From assembly GCA_964016885.1 (NCBI GenBank), contig OZ024745.1:118296001-118360000 (forward strand): a stretch of DNA of 64,000 bases, in the 5' to 3' direction. This DNA comes from Eledone cirrhosa. Its lineage: Eukaryota. Each line of letters starts with the position of its first letter. Within the stretch, counting starts at the first letter, position 1. This document shows, one piece after another, positions 40,634-51,620 of this stretch. The position numbers and the translations under genes are program-made. The notes beneath the pieces are model-generated. The model did no database searches and had not been told where the DNA came from. It saw only the letters and a program-made list of their open reading frames with translations.

Positions 40634-40690
40634 ATAAATTAATAAAAACAATGAATAAAAACAAAGAAACAGTTCCTTATATTAAAAAAT

Positions 40691-40828
40691 TCATCATTTT
40701 ACGATCGTTTCTAGGATATATATGTGTGTGTTGGTATGTATATCATATAGATCTATGTAAAAGTTTTACAAACTATCAGAGGGAATATACATACCTACAC
40801 ATATATATATGCTGTCTTCAGAAATAAT
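40691..40828 (-). ncRNA. type I hammerhead ribozyme (inverted pLTR copy)
   Basis: Minus strand reads attattt-CTGAAGA-[long stem II]-GAAAC-GATC-GTA-aaatgat, with a palindromic ACGATCGT stem III. Confidence 0.7.
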
Positions 40829-40930
40829 TGTTTCTACTTTTGGCACAAGGCCAGCAATTACCCAGTACATTACTGGTACTTTATTTTATCGACCCCGTAA
40901 GGATGAAAGGCAAAGTTAACCTCGGCGGGA
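40829..40930 (-). mobile_element. 5'-truncated SINE inserted into the left pLTR
   Basis: Absent from the right arm (gaaataatgatatt uninterrupted there), with an aat duplication. Confidence 0.9.
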
Positions 40931-41197
40931 ATGATATTTGTTTATTGAAAAAACCCAACAAAGATTTAATATAATAGGTCTGTTTAGGAACAGGTTTTGA
41001 ATTGACCAATAGAAAAGTAGTAAGTGGTCAAGTTGATAGAATAGTAGTAGTAGAAATTTAATTTAGGGGTAGAGGAATGTAGACTTCAGTTTTGAATGGA
41101 AAGAGTATTTTGAATGAAAAGATTACTTTGGGGATGAAAATAGGTCAAGCCGGTGAAAGGTACACGAAAATTTGATGTTATTAAAGAATAATGCTAA

Positions 41198-42884
41198 TTT
41201 TATCACGCACGCTAGACAAACACTACTGGTATTTCAGAAGGAATACTGGACCAGAAATACATATAATAATCTATTCGACATTACTATGGGCTCTAGTGAT
41301 TTTGCCCAAATAACCGATCTTGTGGGCCTCTTTCTTCTATTTAACATAGATGCTTCTTTTCCCCACCTTAAAGATGGTTTATATCGTGATGACTGTCTTC
41401 TTCTTTCCACTAACCTTAGCCTATCAGAAATTGAAAAAAATAAGAAATTTATTAGAATTTTCCTCAAAGACTATTATAGTCTCACTATTACATTCAAAAA
41501 CACAAGTAAAATAGTTAATTTCCTTGATATAACTTTAGACTTATCTACGGGTATCTACCAACCTTACCATAAACCTAACCAAAACTTACATTACATACAC
41601 ACAAAATCTAATCACCCTAAATCTATCCTTAAAAACCTAGCATATAATATCTCACTCAGAATTTCTAACCTTTCATCTAACCAAGATGTATTCGATAAAA
41701 ATGCGACCTTTTATAACGAAGCTTTAACTAGAAGCGGCCACAAAAACAAATTAGTATATATACCTTGTACCAAAAATACTACAAACATACCACCCAATAT
41801 TACCAACAAACACCAAATGAAATATACACACCTAAATACCACTCACACTATACCCCAAAATACCAACTTAAAACTTAATTTCTCTACCTCTTCTAATATA
41901 CAATATAATAACTTTCAAAAAACCATTCATCCTAATATTCCAATATATGTTAATAACATTACTAACAAAATTCCTAATAATCAGGCTAAAACACCTAAAT
42001 CAGTGAATCTAACTAAAAATATGTGTAATAAAATCACTAATACTAATTCTCTTAGTAAACATCAGGATACATCATATACTAATAAAAAACAACATCGAAA
42101 CCATAATAGACGAGTTACTTGGTATAATGCTCCATTTAATCTACAAATTAAAGATAATATACCTAAAAATCTTTTTACTATCCTAGAGAAAAACTTCCCG
42201 CCAAACCATAAATACAATCAAATTTTAAATAGATCAACGGTCAAATTCTCCTACTCAACAACCAAAAATATACAACAAAATATAAGTGCCTACAATGCAT
42301 ATAAATGTAAAAAAACCATGAATATACCACCAACACATCAAACTAACCATAATACTAAAATAAACCACAGCAAACCACCATCTCATTCACATACAACAAG
42401 TCGAGAAAATTCCACACCTAATTTGACTAACTCCTCTGATATAACATTCATGAAAGGTTGTAACTGTAGAAACAAAGCAAATTGCCCATTAAAAGGAAAT
42501 TGCCTTATTAATAACATAGTATATAAATGTAAAATTAGCACTAAGGACTCCACTTATTCATATATAGGAGCTACTTCTAACCAATTTAAAGTAAGATTTA
42601 ATACCCAGAAACACAGTTTTAAAAATGCTGCATTAGCTAATACAACATCCTTAGCTGAAATAATTAATAATTATAGAAAAAAGAATATCGATTATAACTT
42701 GACCTGGAGTGTGCTCAAAAGGGCCACCCCTTATCAAAATAATAGATATGAATGTAGATTATGTTCCCAGGAACTTTTTGAAATAATGAAATCTAAGGAT
42801 AACCTATTAAATAAGCGACAAGAATTAATTATATCATGTAATCATAGAATTAGAAAAACTTTCAAATATTATAAACCTAATTAA
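41198..42884 (+). CDS. Penelope-like RT C-terminal half plus GIY-YIG endonuclease (5'-truncated ORF)
   Basis: LFDITMGSSDFAQITDLVGL, GLYRDD, VNFLDITLDL..YQPYHKPN, HTKSNHP, CNCRNKANCPLKGNCL..IVYKCKI..YIGATSNQFKVRF..HSF, CRLC..E..LNKRQE..SCNH. No internal stop codons. Confidence 0.93.
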
Positions 42885-43577
42885 TATACACTTATATTTT
42901 ACAAATTATTATAATAAATTTTTTTTTAAATTAGTTAACCTATAATTAATATTCTACTACTAAGAACTGCATAATTTTATTTCCCTTTTACTAAAACTTA
43001 TACCAATAAGTATACATATAAACTATTTTAATTTCCTGTTATGAATCTAAATTCCTTACAATCTATATAAGTTTGTTACTTCTCACTATTACATTTATCC
43101 CCCACCCCAAAAAATTTTTTTTTTCTTTTTCTTCGATTCTTTCACAACATTCTTTAATAACATCTAACTCTTATTTATCATATCTTTATGAATTAATATA
43201 AATTTATCCCTATAAATATACCTATCAATTAAATTAATTTAATTTCTTTTTATAGATCTATATTCCTTATGTTTTAAATAAGATTGATATTTTTCTCTAA
43301 CACATTTATAGTAAAATTTTATTCTCCTTAGATTTTAATATTAGCATTATTCTTTAATAACATCAAATTTTCGTGTACCTTTCACCGGCTTGACCTATTT
43401 TCATCCCCAAAGTAATCTTTTCATTCAAAATACTCTTTCCATTCAAAACTGAAGTCTACATTCCTCTACCCCTAAATTAAATTTCTACTTACTACTTTTC
43501 TATCGGTTAATTCAAAACCTGTTCCCAAACAGACCTATTATATTAAATCTTTGTTGGTTTTTTTCAATAAACAAATA

Positions 43578-43717
43578 TCATTATTTCTGAAGACAGCATA
43601 TATATATGTGTAGGTATGTATATTCCCTCTGATAGTTTGTAAAACTTTTACATAGATCTATATGATATACATACCAACACACACATATATATCCTAGAAA
43701 CGATTGTAAAATGATGA
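43578..43717 (+). ncRNA. type I hammerhead ribozyme with extended stem II (3' pLTR)
   Basis: 9-bp stem I tcattattt/aaatgatga, CTGAAGA at 43587, GAAA at 43697, GTA cleavage triplet at 43706-43708. Confidence 0.75.
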
Positions 43718-43905
43718 ATTTTTTAATATAAGGAACTGTTTCTTTGTTTTTATTCATTGTTTTTATTAATTTATCTTGGCTCTGTTTTCCTGTGTTTTTC
43801 ATCAAAAACATTTTGAATACATCTCTTTTCATGATATTTGGATTACATTGAGTTCTTCATATGGATTGGACACTACCGTATATTTTGGTAGATTTATCTA
43901 CATAT

Positions 43906-43954
<49 letters not shown>

Positions 43955-43963
<9 letters not shown>

Positions 43964-44765
43964 CGTGTATGCATATAATCAAATAAACGTATATAAATAA
44001 ATAAATACGTTTATATAACAAGCGCACACACATACCTACATGTAAATACACTTATGTTCGGAGACGTACGTCAACCAAAACATGAAGTACACATATACAC
44101 ACACCTTACATACGTACTAACCCGCATACTCACACAGACGCAAAACTCACGTATACACAACCAAAAGTATATGTACCAGAAAAAATAATATATACGCCAT
44201 AACATATACAATCAAATATACGTACAAGAAAGTATACGTACCTTCACAAAACGTGAAGGTAATATATACTTACCTATACAAATAAGTAATGGTATAAACA
44301 TAACATATACTTAGCTACCACATCAAGACGTAAAATATCCGCGTATAGTTCGTACTATCCGTTAGGGTATAATGTGGGGCTGTAATACAGGAATGTTTTG
44401 TGCAATTTATGTTTACAAGCCGAAATTGCCTCAGAATTTTTGTTTAAGATGTGGTCTTTGGCGTAGAGTATTTCCAGGCCCTCAGCGGCGCAGAGGTCAC
44501 ATGGTCTTTTATTTCCGGTATACGATCTAGCCCTAGCTAGGATCTCCCAGTGTAACTTATATTGGGTGTGGTTATCTTTTAGACTCCAGATATAAGCTGA
44601 AAGTGACGTCATATTCCTTCTTAAAGGGTAACGAAAAGAATGGGTATGCATGTAAAGACGCTGCTTGAATCTATTGGCGGTTAACCCTATGTAGGCCCTT
44701 CGGGACGTGGGTGTTTCAACCTTACATTTGTAGACAATATTACTAGAGAGGCATTTCCCGGATAG
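43955..44765 (-). mobile_element. second Penelope-like element: GIY-YIG fragment plus 3' region
   Basis: GKCLSSNIVYKCKVETPTSRRAYIGLTANRFKQRLYMHTHSF..WEILARARSY..CDLCAAEGLEIL..LNKNSE..CKH. Confidence 0.88.
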
Positions 44766-44769
44766 GAGG

Positions 44770-44946
44770 ATATGTGACAGCTGGAGGGAAATGAGGCAAG
44801 CATGCTCTGTTGGATGTGCAGTGTCAATATGCGTGAACGACCCAGTATGAATGTGTCGAGAGAAACTGTGTCTGAGAGAGGAGATTCCCGTCTAAACCCA
44901 TGCTAGCGTGGAAGGAAGATAGACGTTAAACGATGATGATGATGAT
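44770..44946 (+). mobile_element. internally deleted RTE fragment with 3' tail
   Basis: LEGNEASMLCWMCSV followed by cccatgctagcgtggaag..gacgttaaacgatgatgat. Confidence 0.7.
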
Positions 44947-44974
44947 AAGTATATATATATATATATATATATAT

Positions 44975-45017
44975 ATTGGGTCATCAAGTAAGAAATTTGT
45001 ATATATATATATATATA

Positions 45018-45053
<36 letters not shown>

Positions 45054-45077
45054 AATTTCATACTTGATGACCCAATA
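44975..45077. mobile_element. mariner-like TIR pair around a (TA)n core
   Basis: attgggtcatcaagtaagaaatttgt-(TA)n-acaaatttcatacttgatgacccaat. Confidence 0.65.
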
Positions 45078-45081
45078 TATA

Positions 45082-46524
45082 TCATCATCATCATCATCAT
45101 CGTTTAACGTCCATCTTCCACGGTAGCATAGGTTTGGACGGGAATTTTCCCACTTGAGGCAAGATTGGTTGTCTTGCTCGTATAGGACTGTCTGGCGGGT
45201 TTTGTACGGCTGGATGCCCTTCCTAACACCAACCACGTTTACAGTGTGGACTGGGAGTTTTTTACCGTGTTACCTACACGGCCACATTACAGTGTGGACT
45301 GTGTCTTTTTTTGTCGTGACACCTACACGATCTCATTTGTTTCGGACTGGATGTTGTGGTACCAACATAACTTTACATTGAAAGGGGTGGTGTGGATGGG
45401 GTGGGGGTAGTGAGACGGGGGTGTATTTTGTTAGAGGTGCCTACTGACTGTAGTAGGTTTCGCTTTGTACTTAGGCAAGGCGGGTCTACTGTATTACTGT
45501 GTAGCGCCAAAGATCTCGGTCCAGTGACATTGTCTTGGAGAGGTGTAAGTGTGTGAGGTCGGAATTTATCAAGTCGTCCCAGGTTTTTCTGGGCCTGCCT
45601 ACTCTGTAGCTTCCTTCTATTTTTACCGCCCTGCACTTTTTTATACAGCTGTCGTATTTCATGTGCATCACGTGACCGTACCAACGTAGTCTTCTCTCGA
45701 GTAAACAACATCTGATCCCTCTTATTCCTAATTTCTCCCTTAGTTCATTTATGTTTTGCCGTTCACGTCTATTACTACTACCCATTCAGCGAAGCATGCA
45801 AGCTTTGTTCCTCTCCAGTCTGCGTGTATCCTCTGCACACAATGCCCAGGTCTCACTGCCATGTAACATTGTTGTTCGTATGCAGGCATCATATAGTCTG
45901 CCTTTCATTTTTAGAGAGAACCCTTTAGCAGCCAATAGTGGTATAAGCTCTCTGAACTTTTTCCATCCCGTTCTGACTCTAGCTACTGTACTTTCAGAGC
46001 ATCCTCCACCACTGCTGATTTTGTCACCCAGGTAATGGAAGGTGTCCACTATTTCTATAGAACCATCTGTGCAATGGAATGAGCTAGTATTCTGTGGGCA
46101 CTTGCTGCTACTTATTGCACCAGAGCACCGGCCACATATAAAATCTATATTCTTAGTTAGCTTACCTGTGATCCCACTACATCTTTTATGCACCCATACT
46201 TTACACTTGGGACATAAAATGGAGTTTCTGCCTACTCCCTTCCTACACACTGAGCATGGCCATTTCCTAGATGGGACTGGTGCCCTATTTTCCTTCCTAC
46301 GAACTAGAACTTTAGTCTTAGACAGGTTAATTTTAAGGTCTTTTGATTCTAGGCCATGCTTCCATGTTTGGAATTTCTTCTCTAGTTTGGCCATTGATTC
46401 AGCTATTAGCGTTAGATCCTCTGCGTATAGGAGTTCCCATGGGCAGCCGGTCTTGAACTCCTCTGTTATAGCCTGAAGGGCAATAATAAATAGGAGGGGG
46501 CTAAGGACAGAGCCCTGATGAACA

Positions 46525-46526
<2 letters not shown>
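45082..46526 (-). mobile_element. RTE-clade LINE, 5'-truncated (RT domain to 3' tail)
   Basis: GVHQGSVLSPLLF, ELLYAEDL, Cys-rich insert, FHYLGDKISSGGG, LHGSETWA, RRLRWYGHV, GRPRKTW, (GAT)n tail. An in-frame stop lies at ~45786. Confidence 0.95.
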
Positions 46527-46555
<29 letters not shown>

Positions 46556-46563
<8 letters not shown>

Positions 46564-46643
46564 AATGCAAGGAAATAATAGACAAAAATATACATATTCT
46601 AAATATTATATTTTTGTCTATTATTTCCTTGCATTTATAATTT
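46556..46643. repeat. perfect 37-bp inverted repeat with 14-nt spacer
   Basis: aaattataaatgcaaggaaataatagacaaaaatata / tatatttttgtctattatttccttgcatttataattt. Confidence 0.9.
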
Positions 46644-46809
46644 GATAAAATAGATCTGACTAATTGATTATTTTAATTCTTTTGATTATTTTAAATCTTT
46701 CGGTCATTGAGCAAAACTGGTCAAGCTGGGACACCACACACACATATACTTATGTATCTGTGTGTGTATCTCATTACTATATATATATATATATATATAT
46801 AGATATATC

Positions 46810-46821
46810 TCGAAACTTAAT

Positions 46822-46911
<90 letters not shown>

Positions 46912-46923
46912 ATTAAGTATCGA
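46810..46923. repeat. palindrome: unique flank-(CT)n-(GA)n-inverted flank
   Basis: tcgaaacttaattac(tc)n(ga)ngtaattaagtatcga. Confidence 0.9.
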
Positions 46924-47719
46924 AAGAGAGAATAAGAAGAAATAGGCGATACATGTAGTTATTTACCAATAGCATATGCAAAGGGTGTCAATGTGTGTGC
47001 CTGCAGTGTTAAATATTAGAAGTGTTAATATCTAGTGGGCGAGAAAATCAGCAGAGCGGATACACATGGAGAAATATATATAAAGGAGAACAAACCGTTA
47101 AAACATGTTTATTTAAAATAGCAGCGAAGTACGTTTCGCCTGAAAGGGCTTCTCAAGGGCATAAAAACTAAAAAGCGTTCCTTACATGTCCCGGAATGGG
47201 TTTTTAGAAATAAGTTCACGTCACAGTTCATTCTTCATAACAAATCATGTATTGATTTTGCAGTAGGTCAAGGGAGATAACTCTAACCGGTGTTAGAGCA
47301 GCAATTCTCTATGTGACTTTTTATCCGTCATTTCTTTGTAGTTGCAGCTTTACCATTGTCCATACGCACAGGATCAGGTATGCAACGTTATTTTCCAGAT
47401 GTTTGCTTGCTGCGCCTGCCTGCCTGGGTCGATTTGTGCTGGGTCTAGGATGCATGGTTAGTTTCCGGATGTTTTTTGCAGCGCCTGCCCGTTAGGGTGT
47501 TAAAATTTGGTGCAGGGCGATCTGGTTTACGGTTTTTTACTCCCCATTCTTATTCCATCTGGAGAAGGATATTTTTAAGCGGTGTGTACAGCTTATCGTC
47601 GATTCTGCTCTGCTGTTGATGAGCTCGTGGGGTGCCGTTATGATGTGGTAAAGCTCCATGATGCAAAGCTCACACTTTCTCTTGAAATTGTACGGTGCTG
47701 CTCTGCCGACAATTTCCCA
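46909..47719 (-). mobile_element. third Penelope-like element: endonuclease C-terminus plus 3' pLTR
   Basis: Minus strand from 47719 reads WEIVGRAAPYNFKRKCELCIMELYHIITAPHELINSRAESTISCTHRLK, which aligns to the end of the 41198-42884 ORF. It is not in the ORF track. Confidence 0.8.
47122..47162 (-). ncRNA. hammerhead-like variant (U3/A8 core), degenerate
   Basis: TTGAGAA-gcc-ctttca-ggc-GAAAC-GTAC-TTC inside a Penelope 3' region. Confidence 0.4.
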
Positions 47720-50039
47720 ATATATATATATAGGAAAAGAGTCAGGACCCCGACGGCTGAGCTCCGGCCATTTCGATAGCTAGATCCGAACTGTTCGGAT
47801 CTAGCTGTCGAACAGATGTAAAAACGATGATGATGATAATACAGTGGGATACCCTTCCATATGAAAAACATTTTACAGAGTACACTGAGAGCATTTTATC
47901 ATAGTGGCAACACCACCAATAAGTTTGCCTTGGATGTTGTGAGGACAAAAGACTTTCTCATGGATGCAATAAAAGAGAGAGATTCTGTTGGAGAGAGTAA
48001 TAGAGGACGTTTGATTTCTGTTTTTTCTCATCATACTTAACCCTTTAATATTTACATTACTCTATATTTACTATTATATTTTCATGGTAAAGGCTTTATT
48101 TCACATAATTATCTCAGATAATTTTGAATCTATGAGATTTTGATATTATTTATTTTGAGAACAGTACCTTAACATCATTATGAGAAGCAGGTGATGGCTG
48201 GTTTGAACAGAAAGAGGTGAGAGAATTCTGGCCGGATATGGCCGGTTTAAATGCTAAAGGATTAATATAAACCTCTCACTATTTTGCTATGTGTTGTCAC
48301 CTTATTGTTAATGTTTGAGAGTGTCCTAGTAATGAGACCTGTCTTTCGCCCTTGCAGACAGGATTATTATTATCATAATAATCCTCATTAAATGACACAA
48401 ATGGTAACATTCTCAACAACATATTGCACAATGCGCTTTCACTTTGAACATATTAACAACCAGGTTGCAATGTCCTGTGCTGCAAAAAACAACTTTTTCA
48501 AATGTCGGGCAATGACACCCAGACTTGCCAAAGACACCCCATCACCAGACACATCTAACCAACAACGATGCAAACCCCACCCATCCACTTAAATCTCTCC
48601 CTCCCCTGCTGTAAGTAACTGCATATTGATGACATACATGCCTGTGAGCATGCACTGGTACAAACCTCTCTTTCGCTTTCTCAATATACACACATATACA
48701 CATATGTATATCAATAAACACATAACTATCTATTGCTCTCTCTCTAAATATATATATATACACACACACACACACATATATGAGTTTGTGTGTGTTTATA
48801 TATATATATATATGTGTGTGTGTATGTGTGTATATATATATATACTCACAAACATACATTCACACAAACACACCCATACACACACACACACACAATCATC
48901 ATCATCATTTTATGTTGCTTTTCCAAGCTGTCATATAGATACATACACACCACACACACACATATATACATACACACACACACACACATACATACACACA
49001 CACATACAACATACACACATATTTTTCACAAATTACTTTTACTTTTTTCCTATTTTTTCTTAACATTAAAGGTCGCTGACAATGACAGTGCAGAAAATGT
49101 CACTGACTGGTGCAGCAATAAGTTGCAGACTTATGGTGCACATATAACCTAGTTGAGAGCATATGCATGCACATTGTAGACCCCTTTTACGTTAGACACA
49201 GATGCTACCACCACCACCACTGTCATTACCATCACAACTACCACCACCACCACCAACATTAGAGTAACTACTACAACCATTAACTCTATTACCACAACTA
49301 TCACCATGACTACCATTATAGATTCAACCATTTTAAACCACTACCACTGCCAATGTCTTCATCTCCTCAATACTACAGAAACCCCCACCATATTTAACTT
49401 TGAGGAAAACTATTTAAAAAAACAAATTATCTAATTTAAATAAAAGTAATTAATTTCTTTTAAATTATAAATTAATCAAGAGATATCCAAATAATTTAAG
49501 AGTGAACCTACTGTTAAAATTAGATTTTGTTGTTATCATTATAATCACCACCATCACCATCACCATCACCACCATCATCATCATCATCATCATCATAAGT
49601 GTTTAACATCTATGTTTGATACTATCACAGTTTAGATGGGTTGTTACCTTCTCAAGTTAGACAGACCAGGTGATAACATCTTTCTCATACATTCCAATTT
49701 TAGCAGGCTTTCTATAGATAGATGCCCTTCCTAATGTCAACCATATTACAGTGTGTACTGGGGGGGAATTTTATCTGGTACCGGAACTACCACTTAACAA
49801 GGTGGACTCGGCTTGATGTTTTGTAGTTTGACACAAGCACTACCACCTTAAAAGGTTGAGTGGATGCTTATTATCGTGGAACAAGCACTACCACTTTTCA
49901 AAGTGTGTTGGGTACATTTTTGTTGTGGTACCAGCACCCCATTACAACACTAGTACAGTCGTTGAGTCCTCAGCCAGGCTGGAAAGTTAGTGATCGGAGT
50001 GAGAGGTGTAAGATGTGAAAGGGTGTAGAAGTTGTCTTT

Positions 50040-50455
50040 ATTTAATTTTCTTATGAAGATACTGAAAGCTTCAAAATCCTATCATACTCCACTACCTTCA
50101 AAGAAATCCCTATTTCCACAACGGCCATCAATGTTATTAATATTACCCTCATTACAGGGACAATCAGCTACTTTATTTCACCTATATGGTTCATGACATT
50201 GAAAAAGGCACCAACCTCACAATACCTCATTGTGCTCCACTTTGGAAAACCTTTTCTAACTCTTCAACAGATTTAGCTATGAAAAGAAGGCCATTAGCAT
50301 ATGGAAGTTTCCATATACTCTTTATGATCAAGAGAACTATAATAAACTGGTGGAAGTTGAGAACCACTTTTACCATCACCTTTTACAAGCACCTTTGATG
50401 AGTTGTAGTGCACCTCAGCACTGTACATAATAATTTTCATTATCATTATTATTAA
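50040..50455 (+). mobile_element. old CR1/L2-group LINE 3' end with (ATT)n tail
   Basis: APLWKTFSN-like terminal motif followed by ..gttgtagtgcacctcagcactgtac..attatcattattatt. Confidence 0.4.
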
Positions 50456-51620
50456 CATCGACGCACATCATTATTATTATTAACATTGATGTGCGGTGGA
50501 TTGGCAGTGTTGCTAGAGGGCTGGACACCATGCTTTGCCTTTCATCTTTGCTTTTCACCCTTACGGGGTCGATAAAATAAAGCACCACTAATGCACTGGG
50601 GTAATTGTTGGCCTTGTGCCAAAAGTAGAAACAATTATTATTATTATTAACATCACATAAATTAAGCCAAAGAAGAAGCCTCTACATCACTGCTTAACTT
50701 GCCAGAAATAGCAGCCAAATTCCCATTCAAACTATTTCCCACCATCTTAATAAAGAAAGTTATGCTTGAAAGTAAAAATAAAAAGATTCTACTGTCATGG
50801 CTGGAATGCCTTAAATCATAGGTTTATTTGATTAGGGCTGGCCTGGAATTAAGTAGCAACTGATGGCTTTTATCAATGGAAAGTTGCCCCTAATCCTGGA
50901 CCAAGATGATCTTATCAATAACTGCAAGACATATCAATTCATTTACAAATATTGGATGATCCCCTGGTCTCTTATGGTTATATCAGATCTATTAGGTTTT
51001 AACTATTTCTTTTTGTTTGCATTGTTTCTGAATATTCTTGAGTACAGCCCTGTTTGAAAATCAATTCACTTTTTTCCATTACAGCCTCTTGCCTATGTTT
51101 ATATCATATCTCTTCAACATCAACAGCCATTTCTTTATGTATTTTCAAACAGAAACTGACCAGCCACTCTGTTCTATATACAGATATAATCTGAGGACTA
51201 TGTAGTCACTTACAAGCAACATTCTAGTTATTATTATAGTTGTTTAGGCCTAGTCAGTGTTAACTGAGCATACCTATGTTCTAACTAGAACAACCCTATC
51301 TTCTGAGGGGTATCTACTTCTATATTGTCCAATGTGGCCTTCCATTCAGTGCTGGACTTACTTAAATAAGCTATTTTTGGGGAGGGCAAAGTCGATTAAA
51401 TCGACCCCAGTACATTACTGGTACTTTATTTTATCGACTCCGTTAGAAGGAAAGGTAAAGTTAACCTCGGCAGGATTTGAACTCAGATCATTCATAAATA
51501 ATAATCATGTATAATTATTTAACATTTTTTTAACCAAATTTTTTAGAGAAGGGCCTCAAATTTCATATAGCTTAGGGTTTCATCAGGTGAAAGTCTGGTC
51601 CTGCTTCCATCTTCCAAGAT

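Larger units (their letters stand above)
40634..43910 (+). mobile_element. Penelope-like retroelement, 5'-truncated, with inverted pseudo-LTRs
   Basis: The RT + GIY-YIG ORF is flanked by inverted repeats 40634-41197 and 43339-43774. Confidence 0.93.

Noticed and set aside
41172-41197. TTG/ATG start of the 570-aa ORF as a true initiation site
   Set aside because: These codons lie in the inverted pLTR arm fused to a truncated RT, and the N-terminal RT motifs are missing.
46512-46526. CTGATGA hammerhead core
   Set aside because: It is the antisense of RT codons (VHQG), with no stem II or GAAA partner.
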